This document shows, one piece after another, positions 1-10,756 of a stretch of DNA of 64,000 bases. A program made the translations under genes and the position numbers. Source of the stretch: Candidatus Woesearchaeota archaeon (GTDB lineage Archaea > Nanobdellota > Nanobdellia > Woesearchaeales > GW2011-AR15); the NCBI GenBank assembly GCA_038874655.1, contig JAVZBY010000002.1, positions 74,238 to 138,237 on the forward strand. The letters run 5' to 3'. Within the stretch, counting starts at the first letter, position 1, and every line of letters begins with the position of its first letter. Below the pieces are notes generated by a model that ran no database searches, had not been told where the DNA came from, and worked only from the letters and a program-made list of their open reading frames with translations.

Positions 1-960
1 AAAACAGAAACTAAACTAAAAAACTTAGAAAAAGAAAAACAAAAATTATTAGAGTTATTAAAAAAAATGCAAGATTATTATTATGATAAACATTTTTTAA
101 GTTCAGATTTATATAAAATATCAATCCATAAAATAAGATTTAGATTAGGTCAAATAGAAATTTCTTTGCTAAAATTAAGAAATAAATTAAAAAATACTAA
201 TTTAACTAAAAATGATATTGAAAACTTGATAAAAGAGATTCAAGAAGACTACTATATCAAAAAAATTATCTCAGAGCAAACATATGAAGATTTAATAAAA
301 TATTATTATAAACAATTAAATGATTTAGAACAAAAAAATAAGTTAGAACAAAAAAATAACTTAATAAATAAAACAATAGAAAAAATAGATAATAAAAAGA
401 TTAGACTAAAATTAACTTCTACAAATAATTCTATTTTATATTCAAAAAAATCAAATAAATATGATAATAAAGAACAAATTAAAACAATACATCCAAGTAA
501 ATATGAAAAAAAAGAAGCATCCTTAAATAATAATACAAAAAAAAATGAAATAAACGAAAAAGAAGAAAAGAATCATTTTTTAAATAATACTTTATATAAT
601 ATCAATGAAACAACAAAGCAAAACTCAAAAAATAATAAATCAGAATTAAACTTAGATAATATAAAAGATAATATAGAAGTTAACATAGACTTTTATAAAA
701 GATGCGAAAAAAATAAAGCTTTTATTTTAAATAATGGATTAAAATTATATTCAATTTTTGATTTATATGAAAAATTAGTTTTTAATTTAATTGATAATCA
801 AACTTTTGAATATCATGTAAATCAGTATAAAAATGATTTTTCAACTTGGATATCAGATGTGTATAACTATAATAAACTGGCTAAAGAAGTAAAAAAAATT
901 AATTCAAAAGAACAATTAATAGACTTTTTTAAAAAAATAATCGAATATAATAAAAAATAA
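1..960 (+). CDS. 5'-truncated coiled-coil protein with C-terminal DUF5752-like domain
   Basis: Frame 1 is open from base 1 (KTETKLKNLEKEKQKLLELLKK-MQDYYY...), so the track start at 67 is probably internal. The C-terminus has FILNNG...FEYHVNQYKNDFSTWISDVY, a DUF5752-type motif. Confidence 0.75.
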   Translation, partial: KTETKLKNLEKEKQKLLELLKKMQDYYYDKHFLSSDLYKISIHKIRFRLGQIEISLLKLRNKLKNTNLTKNDIENLIKEIQEDYYIKKIISEQTYEDLIKYYYKQLNDLEQKNKLEQKNNLINKTIEKIDNKKIRLKLTSTNNSILYSKKSNKYDNKEQIKTIHPSKYEKKEASLNNNTKKNEINEKEEKNHFLNNTLYNINETTKQNSKNNKSELNLDNIKDNIEVNIDFYKRCEKNKAFILNNGLKLYSIFDLYEKLVFNLIDNQTFEYHVNQYKNDFSTWISDVYNYNKLAKEVKKINSKEQLIDFFKKIIEYNKK

Positions 961-993
961 AAAAATCAAATTATAAAATAGTGAAAATTAAAA

Positions 994-2667
994 ATGAAAA
1001 AAAGAGGTAATTTAATTAATAATTTAATTAATTTTGTTTTAAATATTATTACTTTATTAAATATAAATTTATTTTTTAATCAATCTTTTTTTTATTCATT
1101 AATAAAAAAAATCTTTAAATTAAATAGATTATTTATTTTTTTAACATTCATAATTTTACATTCTTTTTTAATAAATGCATTTTTGAATCAAAGTACTATT
1201 TTTAATAATCAAAGTAAAGATATAATCAAAGATTCATTGGAAAATTATATAACTAAAACTAGTTTATTAATTTCTATTAATAATACTATTCAAAAAATTA
1301 GAAATCTTGGTTATAATGCATATATCTTTAATGATCTTTATAATGAATTATTTTTAATTGATGACTCTGATACTAGTTCTATAAATAATTTATATTTAAT
1401 TTATAAAGAAACAGAAACAAATTATAATTATTCAATCAATTTATTAAACATACATAAAAATAATTTAAAATATCTTAAATCAATTCAAAATAATGAAAAT
1501 AATCCGTTTTGTGATATAACCCTTTTAAAAAATATTCAAGAATATGAAAATACTATTTATATAGCAGAAAACAAAATAAAAAATTCATTATATTATGATG
1601 CAATCAACATATTAACCACTTTAAATAATGAATTAAATCCTTTTATTGAAAATTATTTAAATAATCTAACTTCTATATTAAACAAAAACAATATTAAGGA
1701 TAATTATGAGGTATTAGAGTTTATAAATGAGTATTATACTTCAGATAAAGAAAAAAATTTCGTTAAAAATTTAATTTTAAAATTAGATAATACAAATTCA
1801 AATTTTAAAACAAAATATTTTATTTCAGATGAATCTATAGTTATTTTTAATTATATCTTCGGTGAAGAAAAAAATAAAATTCAAAGAATAAAAAATAATG
1901 ATATCTTAAAATACAACATAAAAGAGATTTCAGAAGTTTGTAATGAAATTTCTTATATAAATTATGTTTTATCGAAATATATAGAAATATCTATTTATAA
2001 CGATTATTTATTTAAAAATAATATTTCTAATAATTTATTAAATGATTTAAAAAATGAAATCATATATTATTTACAAAAAAATAGATTAGACAGAATTGAA
2101 ACTCTTTTACAAGACACTAATAAAATTATAGAAAAAATAAAATCTTTTGAGATAAGATATAATAATCTTAAAATTGAAATTAATGAATTAAAATCAAAAA
2201 ATATAACCGATTTTGATTCGAATAAAGAAATAATTCAACAAACACAAATTTTTTCACAAGAATTAGAAAATATTTATGAAGAATACAAAAAATTTGAATT
2301 AGATAAAGCTAATAATAAATTAATAGAGTTAGAAAATCAACTTATCTCTTATAAATCAAGATTAATTGAAACAAAGATTAGACAAAAAAATTTTTTAAAA
2401 ATAAACTTTAAAATTTTATTTTTAATATTTATCTTATCTATAACTTTGTTTATCATTTCATATCCCACTTTAAAAACTTATTACAAAAAAAAGAGAATTA
2501 CTTATCTTGAATCTAGAAAAAAAGCAATAATAGAGCAAATTAAACAACTTCAAAGAGACTATTTTATAGATAAAAAACTCTCAAGGAAAAGATACAAACA
2601 ACTTTTAAAAATAAATCAAACAAAACTTATTGAGATAATTAGAAATTTAGAGATTTTAAATAAATAA
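994..2667 (+). CDS. Membrane-anchored coiled-coil hypothetical protein
   Basis: 557-aa ORF with a hydrophobic N-terminus, helical body, a TM segment near the C-terminus (ILFLIFILSITLFIISY) and a tail IKQLQRDYFIDKKLSRKRY. Confidence 0.7.
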   Translation: MKKRGNLINNLINFVLNIITLLNINLFFNQSFFYSLIKKIFKLNRLFIFLTFIILHSFLINAFLNQSTIFNNQSKDIIKDSLENYITKTSLLISINNTIQKIRNLGYNAYIFNDLYNELFLIDDSDTSSINNLYLIYKETETNYNYSINLLNIHKNNLKYLKSIQNNENNPFCDITLLKNIQEYENTIYIAENKIKNSLYYDAINILTTLNNELNPFIENYLNNLTSILNKNNIKDNYEVLEFINEYYTSDKEKNFVKNLILKLDNTNSNFKTKYFISDESIVIFNYIFGEEKNKIQRIKNNDILKYNIKEISEVCNEISYINYVLSKYIEISIYNDYLFKNNISNNLLNDLKNEIIYYLQKNRLDRIETLLQDTNKIIEKIKSFEIRYNNLKIEINELKSKNITDFDSNKEIIQQTQIFSQELENIYEEYKKFELDKANNKLIELENQLISYKSRLIETKIRQKNFLKINFKILFLIFILSITLFIISYPTLKTYYKKKRITYLESRKKAIIEQIKQLQRDYFIDKKLSRKRYKQLLKINQTKLIEIIRNLEILNK

Positions 2668-2743
2668 TCCAGAACATTATTTTTTGTAAAATTCCAAAAT
2701 ATAATTAGTTAATATAAATAATAATATAAATTAGTATTTAAAA

Positions 2744-4561
2744 ATGAATAAAGCAAACACATTGAATAAAGAAAAAAAAATAATATTAGATACTTATTTT
2801 TCATTGCTAGATAATTTTCCAAATCCAATTTGGCTTTCAGATAAAAATGCAAAATTTATTTTTTACAATAAATCTTGGCTTTCTTTTATAGGTGATTCAG
2901 GTAATAAAAATAAGTTCAAATCTTGGTTTAATCATATACACAATAAAGACAAAAAAAAGTTTTTAAAAATTTTCAGATCCAGTTTTAGTAAAAAAAATTC
3001 ATTTATGATAGATCTTAAATTAAGAAACAAAGATAAAACATATCACTTAGTAAGAACTTATGGTTCCCCGATTTATATTGACAATAAATTTTTAGGATAT
3101 ATTGGTTATTGTTTTGACATTGATAAATTGAATAAAAACGAAAAAAGACTTATAGAGACAGAAACTAAATTTGAAACCATATTCAAAGAAATAAATGAAG
3201 CTATTTTATTATTGAATGAAAATAAAATCATTGATTGTAATGATAAAGCATTAGAATTATTTAGAGTTTCAAAAAATAGTTTCTTAAAAAAAGATATTCT
3301 GAAATTTACACCATATAAACAACCAGACAATGCAATCTCTAAACTTAAATTTAAAAAATTGTTAAATCAAAAAATCTTTGAATGGCAATTTAAAAGAAAA
3401 GATTGGACACTATTTTTAGCTGAAGTTAAACTAACAAAAATAAAAATTATTGAAAATAATGGCTTAAAAGAATATTTTTTAATGATAATAAATGATATCA
3501 CAGAAAAAAGGAGAATTCAAGAAGAACTAATAAAAAAAGATCAATTCTTAATAAAACAAAATGAACTATTAAAACAATTAAGTCAATCCTATTCCAAAGA
3601 TAGGATAATACAATTTTATAAAAAATCTTTAAAGAGAGTATTAAACTTTCTAAACATAGATAGAATTAGTTTATGGTTAATTAAAGACAAATATATAAAC
3701 CTGATTTTGCAATATGATAAAATTAAAAATAAGTATTCTAGTGATAAAAAAATTGAAATAAAAAAATATCCTAAATACTTTAAATCTTTGTTTAAATCTC
3801 AATTTATAGATGCTTCAGACGCAAGAAATGATAAAAGAACTAAAGAGTTTTTAAATTCTTATTTTAAAAAATACAAAATTTTCTCTACTTTAGATATACC
3901 TATAAGAATAAAAAATACAGTCATAGGTGTTTTGTGTTTAGAAAAAATAAATTACAAAAAAAATTGGACTCATTTAGAAAAAAACTTTGCAGTTATATTA
4001 AGTGAATTTTTTTCAAATATAATAGAAGAACAAATATTGGAAAAAGAAGAAACTTTATTAAGCATACAAGAAAAAAAATATAAACTTATAGTAGAAAATT
4101 TATTTGATGCTTTATTTATTCATGATAATAAGGGAAATATTTTAGATGTCAATAAAATGGCTTCTAATATTTCTGGCTACACCTATAAAGAATTATTAAG
4201 AAAAAACCTATTTGATCTTATTGTTGATAATAATAAGTTAAAAAAAAATTATCTCTATCTAGGGAATAATAAAAAAATTTCATATGAAACAAGATTAATA
4301 AAAAAAAATAAAGAATCTATTTATGTAAATATTAGTTCAGTAATTATATCCAGAGATAAAAAAATTTCAATTCAGACTATTATAAGGGATATAAATGATA
4401 ATAAACTAAAAGAATTAAAATTAGAAGAAATTAATGCAAAATTAAAAGAAAAAATTGAGGAATTAGAAAAATTTGAAAAAATTGCCATAAATAGAGAATT
4501 AAAAATGATAGAATTAAAGAATAAATTAGCAGAGTATGAACAAAATAATCAAAATAATTAA
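2744..4561 (+). CDS. Cytoplasmic PAS-PAS-GAF-PAS sensor lacking a kinase/output domain
   Basis: PAS motifs (NFPNPIWLSD..FYNKSW; IIDCNDKALELF; ILDVNKMASNISGY with PAC DI endings), a GAF motif (STLDIPIRIKNTVIGVLCLE...W), and a C-terminal INRELKMIELK coiled coil. Confidence 0.85.
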   Translation: MNKANTLNKEKKIILDTYFSLLDNFPNPIWLSDKNAKFIFYNKSWLSFIGDSGNKNKFKSWFNHIHNKDKKKFLKIFRSSFSKKNSFMIDLKLRNKDKTYHLVRTYGSPIYIDNKFLGYIGYCFDIDKLNKNEKRLIETETKFETIFKEINEAILLLNENKIIDCNDKALELFRVSKNSFLKKDILKFTPYKQPDNAISKLKFKKLLNQKIFEWQFKRKDWTLFLAEVKLTKIKIIENNGLKEYFLMIINDITEKRRIQEELIKKDQFLIKQNELLKQLSQSYSKDRIIQFYKKSLKRVLNFLNIDRISLWLIKDKYINLILQYDKIKNKYSSDKKIEIKKYPKYFKSLFKSQFIDASDARNDKRTKEFLNSYFKKYKIFSTLDIPIRIKNTVIGVLCLEKINYKKNWTHLEKNFAVILSEFFSNIIEEQILEKEETLLSIQEKKYKLIVENLFDALFIHDNKGNILDVNKMASNISGYTYKELLRKNLFDLIVDNNKLKKNYLYLGNNKKISYETRLIKKNKESIYVNISSVIISRDKKISIQTIIRDINDNKLKELKLEEINAKLKEKIEELEKFEKIAINRELKMIELKNKLAEYEQNNQNN

Positions 4562-4589
4562 AATAAAATAGATACATCAGATATTTAAA

Positions 4590-5444
4590 ATGAAAAAAAT
4601 AAAAAATCTAAATAAATATAGAATTAGATTTAATCATTTTATTAAATCTAGTCAAGTTATTAAATCATATAAAATAAGAGATATAATTAAAATAATAAAT
4701 ATACTAATAGTTTTATTTCTTATTATATCCTGTACACAATTTTATTCAGAAAAATCAAAAATAAATGAAATAAAAAAAAGAGGAAAATTAATTATAGGAA
4801 CAAGTCCACCTTATGGAATAATGGAATTTTATAAAAATAATGAGATAGTTGGTTTAGATATTGATATAGCAAAAGAAATAGCAAAATCCTTAAATGTGGA
4901 ATTAGAAATAAAAATAATAGATTTTGATAAATTCTCTGAAGCTTTAAATAATGATGAAATTGATTTAATGATAGCTTCAATAACAATCACTTCAGATAGA
5001 CTCGATGAGATGGAACTTTCAATTCCTTACTTTAATACAGGTCAAGTTATTGTTTCAAAATATAATATAAATAGATATGAAGAATTAGAAAACAAAACTA
5101 TCTTAATAGAAGAAGATGGTTCAGATACGAAAAATCAGATTTTTAAGATTATAAAAAATTTTACACCAATTTACTATTCAGAAAGCCAAGGATTACCCTA
5201 TGTTGAAAAAGCAATATTTGAATTAAATCAAAATAAGGTAGATGCATTTGTTATAGATTACATAGCAGCAATAGATATAGTAAAATATCATAAAGACTTT
5301 CATATACTTGGTCCATTTACTAATGAATTTTATGGAATTGCATCAAAAAAAGGAAACAAAGATTTAATAAATCATGTTAATCAAATCATAAGAAATTTAA
5401 AATACACTGGTGAATTAGATAAGATTAAAGAAAAATGGATTTAG
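4590..5444 (+). CDS. Polar amino-acid-type extracellular solute-binding protein (SBP family 3)
   Basis: LIIGTSPPYGIMEF...GLDIDIAKEIAK, ITITSDR, SIPYF, YGIASKKGNKDL...GELDKIKEKW; hydrophobic leader ending in IISC. The exact start is uncertain. Confidence 0.9.
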   Translation: MKKIKNLNKYRIRFNHFIKSSQVIKSYKIRDIIKIINILIVLFLIISCTQFYSEKSKINEIKKRGKLIIGTSPPYGIMEFYKNNEIVGLDIDIAKEIAKSLNVELEIKIIDFDKFSEALNNDEIDLMIASITITSDRLDEMELSIPYFNTGQVIVSKYNINRYEELENKTILIEEDGSDTKNQIFKIIKNFTPIYYSESQGLPYVEKAIFELNQNKVDAFVIDYIAAIDIVKYHKDFHILGPFTNEFYGIASKKGNKDLINHVNQIIRNLKYTGELDKIKEKWI

Positions 5445-5448
5445 AAAA

Positions 5449-6288
5449 ATGCTATCAATAAAAACAAAAATTTTTGCTGCAATTTTTGTAATTATTATAT
5501 TATTTAGTTCTATACTTTTTTATTTAGATTTTTATATTGATAAAAAAAATATGCAAGATTTTTTTTTAGAAAAAGTTAAATCAATTTCAAATAGTTTTAA
5601 TGCTAATTTAGATAATAATATCTTATCAAATGAAGATGAATTATTAAATTTAAAAAATAGTTTTATTTATCATCATCCAGAAATAGTAGATTTAAATTTA
5701 ATTATGGATATACAAAATTTACCTTCCACCTTAAATAAAGGTTATACTTATAACATACTTGAAATCAACAAAAAGAAATATCTCAACTATACTTCCTTAA
5801 TAATCATTTCAGGTCAAGAGAAGGCAGCTTTAAATATATTATTTGATTTAGATGATATTAGTTCTAGAATATTTAATGAATTAAAGATAGTTATATCTCT
5901 ATATATCACTTTTTTGATATTAACTTTTTTTATTCTAAATTATATATATGATCTTATTTTACTTCAACCAATAAATAAATTATTAATTAATATTAATGAA
6001 TTTAGTCAAGGAAAAAGCATTAATCAATATGAATCTACGAATGATGAACTTGGTATTTTAACAAAAAAATTTTTTGAACTATATAAAATAATAATTGAGT
6101 CAAGAAAAAAAATTGAGCAACATGAAAAAGAACTTGAAAAAAAAGTTGAAGAAAAAACTAAAGAACTTCAAACAAAAATAAAAGAATTAGAAAAATTTCA
6201 AAAAATAATCATAAATAGAGAATTAAAAATGATAGAATTGAAAAAACAAATAGAAGAGTTAAAAAAAAATGAAAAAGAACAAAAATAA
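5449..6288 (+). CDS. Two-TM HAMP-domain sensor lacking a kinase/output domain
   Basis: Two TM segments, a HAMP motif (ILLQPINKL...NDELGILTKKF) and a C-terminal INRELKMIELK coiled coil. Confidence 0.85.
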   Translation: MLSIKTKIFAAIFVIIILFSSILFYLDFYIDKKNMQDFFLEKVKSISNSFNANLDNNILSNEDELLNLKNSFIYHHPEIVDLNLIMDIQNLPSTLNKGYTYNILEINKKKYLNYTSLIIISGQEKAALNILFDLDDISSRIFNELKIVISLYITFLILTFFILNYIYDLILLQPINKLLININEFSQGKSINQYESTNDELGILTKKFFELYKIIIESRKKIEQHEKELEKKVEEKTKELQTKIKELEKFQKIIINRELKMIELKKQIEELKKNEKEQK

Positions 6289-9200
6289 AATATTTTTTAA
6301 AATCTATTCGATAAAGAAAAAATCTATTATTAAAAAAAGATTAATCTTTTTGATATTAATATTTATAACTTTTTTTTTATTATCAGTGAGCATAAAATCA
6401 CAGAATACTATAAATGAGAGAATAAATAAACTTAGTGTTGAATACTTAGCAAAAAAAGTAGCATTAGAAATAGAAAATTATCATATTGAAGAAAAGACAA
6501 TATTTGAATTACAGAATAATAGCTTATTTAGGAATATTGCTATTCAAACAGATAATCAAGGAATGTATACCGCAGTAATGGATGCAGAAACAGGATATTT
6601 TTATTTTCATCCTCAAAAAAAATTAGAAAACACAGATAGCCATTTATTAAAAGAAAAATTACCTGAATGGTGGAAAATTTTTGAAAATATTATTGGTTCT
6701 TGTAATGATTCAGAGGGTTATTATACATGGTTGGAAGAAGATGGTGCTATAACAAAAAAATATATGTATCTTACATGTGTTAAATCAAAGACAAAAGATA
6801 ATAAAAAATTGTTTGTTGCTGCTACAGCATATGAAAATGAGACAATAGCTTCAGATTATCTATTTAAATATTTTCATAGAAAATTAAACTTAGTTGCGCC
6901 AGAGTATCCCCCCTACACAAGTCAGTACTTAAAGAACAATGGTTTTTTTACTGAATTAACTGTTGAGGCATTTAAAACACAGGGTTATGATGTTGATGTT
7001 AAAATATTATCATGGACTGATGCCTATAATGGAGCAAAAGAAGGAAAATATGATGGTATTATTCATGTTTGGTATACAAAAGAAAGAGAACAATTTTTTG
7101 CTTATTCTGATGAAATGCCACCTACAGAATTTGTATTTTGTACATTACCTAATAAAAATATTAAAGAATTCAAAGATTTTGATAGTTTAAAAAATTATAA
7201 AATAGGCACTGTCAAAGATTATGGGTATCCTGATGAATTTAGAAACTCTAATTTAACAAAAATTGAATCTACTTATGATTATGAAAATATAAATAAATTA
7301 ATTAATAATGAAGTTGATTTAATAATAATTGATAGAGCACAATTTGAATACTACAAAAATAATTTTTATTCTAATACAACAATATTTTGTTTATCGCCAT
7401 TTAAATCAATACCTGCACATATTATTATATCAAAAAAAGTTCCTAATTATGTAAAAATAATCTATGATTTTAATGAAGGTCTAAAAAAAATAAAATATGA
7501 TGGTACTTTTGATAATATATTAAAAAAGCACAACTTGAGCTTTTACATAAAATTAGAAAAAAAAATAAAATCCGCTTCAGAAAAAAATTATCCACCTTTA
7601 GCTATTTTTTATAATCAAAGTAATCAATTAATTGCTGATGGTTTTTCTGTTGAATTATTAAAAGAAGTTTTGAATTCACAAGGTTATGAAGTTGATTTTT
7701 ATGTTGATGATTGGTATAAAATAAAAAATGATCTAATAGATCATAGAATTGATGTCCTTTCTTTAGTTGCTATAACACCAGAAAAAGAACCTTATTTTGA
7801 TTTTTCAGTGCCATATTTAACATTAAAAGGTGCTGTTTTCACAAAAGATTTTAGTAATATAAATTCATTTGAAAAATTAAAAAATAAAAAAATAATTGTA
7901 ATGAAAGGGGATATTGCAGAGGAATACATTCTTAGAAATAAAATAACTGATAAATTAATTACAACAAATACTTATGAAGAAGCATTTTTACTATTAAGTA
8001 AAGGAAATTATGATGCTGTTATTCTTCAAGAAATTATAGGCAATTCTATATTAAATAAATTAAATTTAAATAATATAAAAAAGGCATTTGTTTTAGATGA
8101 TTTTAAACAGGATTTTGCATTTGCAGTTAAAAAAGGAAATAAAGAATTATTATCAGTTTTAAATGAAGGTTTATCAAAAAAAATTGCAGATGGAACTTAT
8201 GAAAAATTATATGATAAATGGCTAAAAAAAGATCTTTTCTATAATAAAATAAATTTATCTTTTTACATAAAAATTTTGTTAATTGTTGTTGTTTTAGTTA
8301 TAATAATATATCTTTTTAAACCTAATTTTTTCTTTTATCTAACACTTATTTTTGCTTTAATTGTAATTGTTGCCCTTATCTATAACACATATGAACAAAC
8401 TAAAAAAATAGAAGAAAATGCTCTTAAATTTTCTTATAATGAACTTAAAACTATTTCAGAAATAGAGAAAACTTATATAGAAAATATAGTAAAAGATTAT
8501 CATATTTTACTTAAATCCTTATCAACACAAGATTCTTTAACTGATGAAGAATTAGAATTGATAAAAAATACAGATAATAATATTAATTCAATTTTTATAA
8601 CTAATATTTCTAATTATAATAAAACAATAGAAATAGATAAAAATAGTTATATAGTAATAACAGAGAAGTATAAAAATAATACATTAGTTCTTTTTTTAAA
8701 TCCAAAAAAATTTAACCAAATAATTGAATTAACTAATAAAGTGTCTTTTTATATTAAAAGAAACATTATTTTTTATAATAATGGCAAAATTTTTACAACA
8801 AATTACATTTCAGATTTAAATATCATAAATGATTTATTGTACGAAAGTAATAATAACTTTGATACTTTTGATATAATTTCTAATGAAGATGAAAATAATC
8901 TACTAATATTAACTTTTGTTAAAGAATTAGATTTAATTTTATATCACAAAATAGAAAAAAAAGAAATAATTAACAATATAAGACCCATTATAACTAAACT
9001 TTGGATAAATACATTTCTTATAATCTTCTTTATAATTCTAATGTTATTAATTATGAATGTTTTAAATACGAAAAAATTAAGATATATAATACAAGAAAAA
9101 ACTAAAGAACTAATATTGTTGAATCAAGAGTTAGAAAAAAAAGTTAAAGTAAGAACAAAAGAATTACATAAATTAAACCAAAACCTAGAAGATGAGGTAA

Positions 9201-10084
9201 AAAAAAGAACTAGAGAATTAGAAGAAAAAGTTAATGAATTGGAAAATACAAAAAAAGCAATATTAAATATCTTAGAAGATATTGATGAAAACAATAAGCA
9301 GTTAGAAGAAGCAAAACAAAAATTAAATGAAACAATAGAAAAATTAAAAGAAATAGATAAGAAAAAAGATGAATTTTTATCAATAACAGCACATGAATTA
9401 AAAACACCTTTAACAAGCATAAAAGGATTTGTTGAATTACTGAAAAATCCAAAAGTTCAAGAAAACAAACAATTAAGAGAACAATATTTTAACATTATAA
9501 TCCAAGATACAGAAAGATTAGGAAAATTAATTACTGATATCTTGGATTTATCTAGATTAGATCAAGGAACAATGAAATTTTATTATGAAAAAACAACAGC
9601 AGAAGAAATTTTAAATCAAATAAAAAATCTTTGTGATTTACAAATTAAATCAAAAGGTTTAAAATCTTACTATATAATTAAAAATAAAATTCCAGAGTTC
9701 TATACAGATAAATCAAGATTAATTCAAGTAATCTCTAATTTAGTTAATAATTCAATAAAATATACTGAAAAAGGTTTCATAAAAGTAGAAGCATATATAG
9801 ATAATAAAAATGAATTTATACATTTTAAAGTTATTGATACTGGTGTTGGAATTCCAAAAAATGAGCATAAAAACTTATTTCAAAGATTTTATCAAGTTGA
9901 TTCTTCTTATACTAGGAAAGTCGGAGGTAGTGGTCTAGGGTTATCTATATGTAAGGGAATAGTTGAAGCATTACATGGGGAAATTTGGTTTTCAAGTCAA
10001 GTTGGTAAAGGTTCGACATTTGAATTTAAGATCAAATTTTTAAATAAACAACCAGAAAATTTAGAACAAAACAAAAAAATATAA
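6269..10084 (+). CDS. Multi-sensor histidine kinase (Cache-like + 2x SBP family 3 + TMs + HisKA + HATPase_c)
   Basis: H-box AHELKTPLT, N-box QVISNLVNNSIKYT, G1 DTGVGI, F box LFQRFYQ, G2 GGSGLGLSI; two SBP repeats (PEYPPY..., NYPPL...FDFSVPY); Cache-like GYFYFHP...GYYTW. Confidence 0.95.
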   Translation: MKKNKNKIFFKIYSIKKKSIIKKRLIFLILIFITFFLLSVSIKSQNTINERINKLSVEYLAKKVALEIENYHIEEKTIFELQNNSLFRNIAIQTDNQGMYTAVMDAETGYFYFHPQKKLENTDSHLLKEKLPEWWKIFENIIGSCNDSEGYYTWLEEDGAITKKYMYLTCVKSKTKDNKKLFVAATAYENETIASDYLFKYFHRKLNLVAPEYPPYTSQYLKNNGFFTELTVEAFKTQGYDVDVKILSWTDAYNGAKEGKYDGIIHVWYTKEREQFFAYSDEMPPTEFVFCTLPNKNIKEFKDFDSLKNYKIGTVKDYGYPDEFRNSNLTKIESTYDYENINKLINNEVDLIIIDRAQFEYYKNNFYSNTTIFCLSPFKSIPAHIIISKKVPNYVKIIYDFNEGLKKIKYDGTFDNILKKHNLSFYIKLEKKIKSASEKNYPPLAIFYNQSNQLIADGFSVELLKEVLNSQGYEVDFYVDDWYKIKNDLIDHRIDVLSLVAITPEKEPYFDFSVPYLTLKGAVFTKDFSNINSFEKLKNKKIIVMKGDIAEEYILRNKITDKLITTNTYEEAFLLLSKGNYDAVILQEIIGNSILNKLNLNNIKKAFVLDDFKQDFAFAVKKGNKELLSVLNEGLSKKIADGTYEKLYDKWLKKDLFYNKINLSFYIKILLIVVVLVIIIYLFKPNFFFYLTLIFALIVIVALIYNTYEQTKKIEENALKFSYNELKTISEIEKTYIENIVKDYHILLKSLSTQDSLTDEELELIKNTDNNINSIFITNISNYNKTIEIDKNSYIVITEKYKNNTLVLFLNPKKFNQIIELTNKVSFYIKRNIIFYNNGKIFTTNYISDLNIINDLLYESNNNFDTFDIISNEDENNLLILTFVKELDLILYHKIEKKEIINNIRPIITKLWINTFLIIFFIILMLLIMNVLNTKKLRYIIQEKTKELILLNQELEKKVKVRTKELHKLNQNLEDEVKKRTRELEEKVNELENTKKAILNILEDIDENNKQLEEAKQKLNETIEKLKEIDKKKDEFLSITAHELKTPLTSIKGFVELLKNPKVQENKQLREQYFNIIIQDTERLGKLITDILDLSRLDQGTMKFYYEKTTAEEILNQIKNLCDLQIKSKGLKSYYIIKNKIPEFYTDKSRLIQVISNLVNNSIKYTEKGFIKVEAYIDNKNEFIHFKVIDTGVGIPKNEHKNLFQRFYQVDSSYTRKVGGSGLGLSICKGIVEALHGEIWFSSQVGKGSTFEFKIKFLNKQPENLEQNKKI

Positions 10085-10210
10085 AAAAAGAAAAAACTTT
10101 GGAATGTATTTAGGTATATATCAGAGATATAACAAAATTTTATAGATATGCTTAAAATAATTATTATAATCTTATATTATTAGTTTTTTAATACTATAGA
10201 ATTTTAAGAT

Positions 10211-10621
10211 GTGGTAAAAATGATAAAAAAAGACTCTAAAAAATCAGAAAAAAAAATAATCCTCGTAGTTGATGATGAGCCTAATATTTTAGAATTAGAA
10301 AAAGCAATATTAGAGGTAGAAAATTATAATGTAATTACAGCACAATCAGGGCAAGAAGCATTAGATCTATTAAAAAAAATAAAACCAGATTTAATTTTAT
10401 TAGATATGATGATGCCAAACATGTCTGGTAGAGAAGTTTGTGAAAGAATAAGAAAAGATCCAAAAACAAAAAAACTAAAAGTAATTTTTGTAACAGTAGC
10501 AAGGTTTTCAGAATTAGGTAAAGATCAATTAAAGGGGATGAATGTTTCTGATTATATAACAAAACCCTTTGAAAACTCTGATTTTATTAATAGAATAAAA
10601 AAAGTACTAGATGAAAAATAG
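10211..10621 (+). CDS. Single-domain response regulator (receiver)
   Basis: ILVVDDE, PDLILLDMMMPNMSG, VIFVT, DYITKPF. The start may be the ATG at 10220. Confidence 0.95.
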   Translation: MVKMIKKDSKKSEKKIILVVDDEPNILELEKAILEVENYNVITAQSGQEALDLLKKIKPDLILLDMMMPNMSGREVCERIRKDPKTKKLKVIFVTVARFSELGKDQLKGMNVSDYITKPFENSDFINRIKKVLDEK

Positions 10622-10756
10622 ATATAATATAAAAAATTATATGCATAAGGATATACATAATATACATATAGATAATATAAATCAGATGGAAATAAAAATC
10701 AAATTATCTAATAAATAACCTAAAACTTTTAAATTTGTGAGAAAAAGGAAGATAAA

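Noticed and set aside
3106-10562. Short track ORFs inside signalling genes (3106, 4792, 6963, 9124, 9231, 10335)
   Set aside because: Antisense or off-frame shadows of well-supported genes, with F/L/S-rich composition typical of reverse-complemented A-rich codons.
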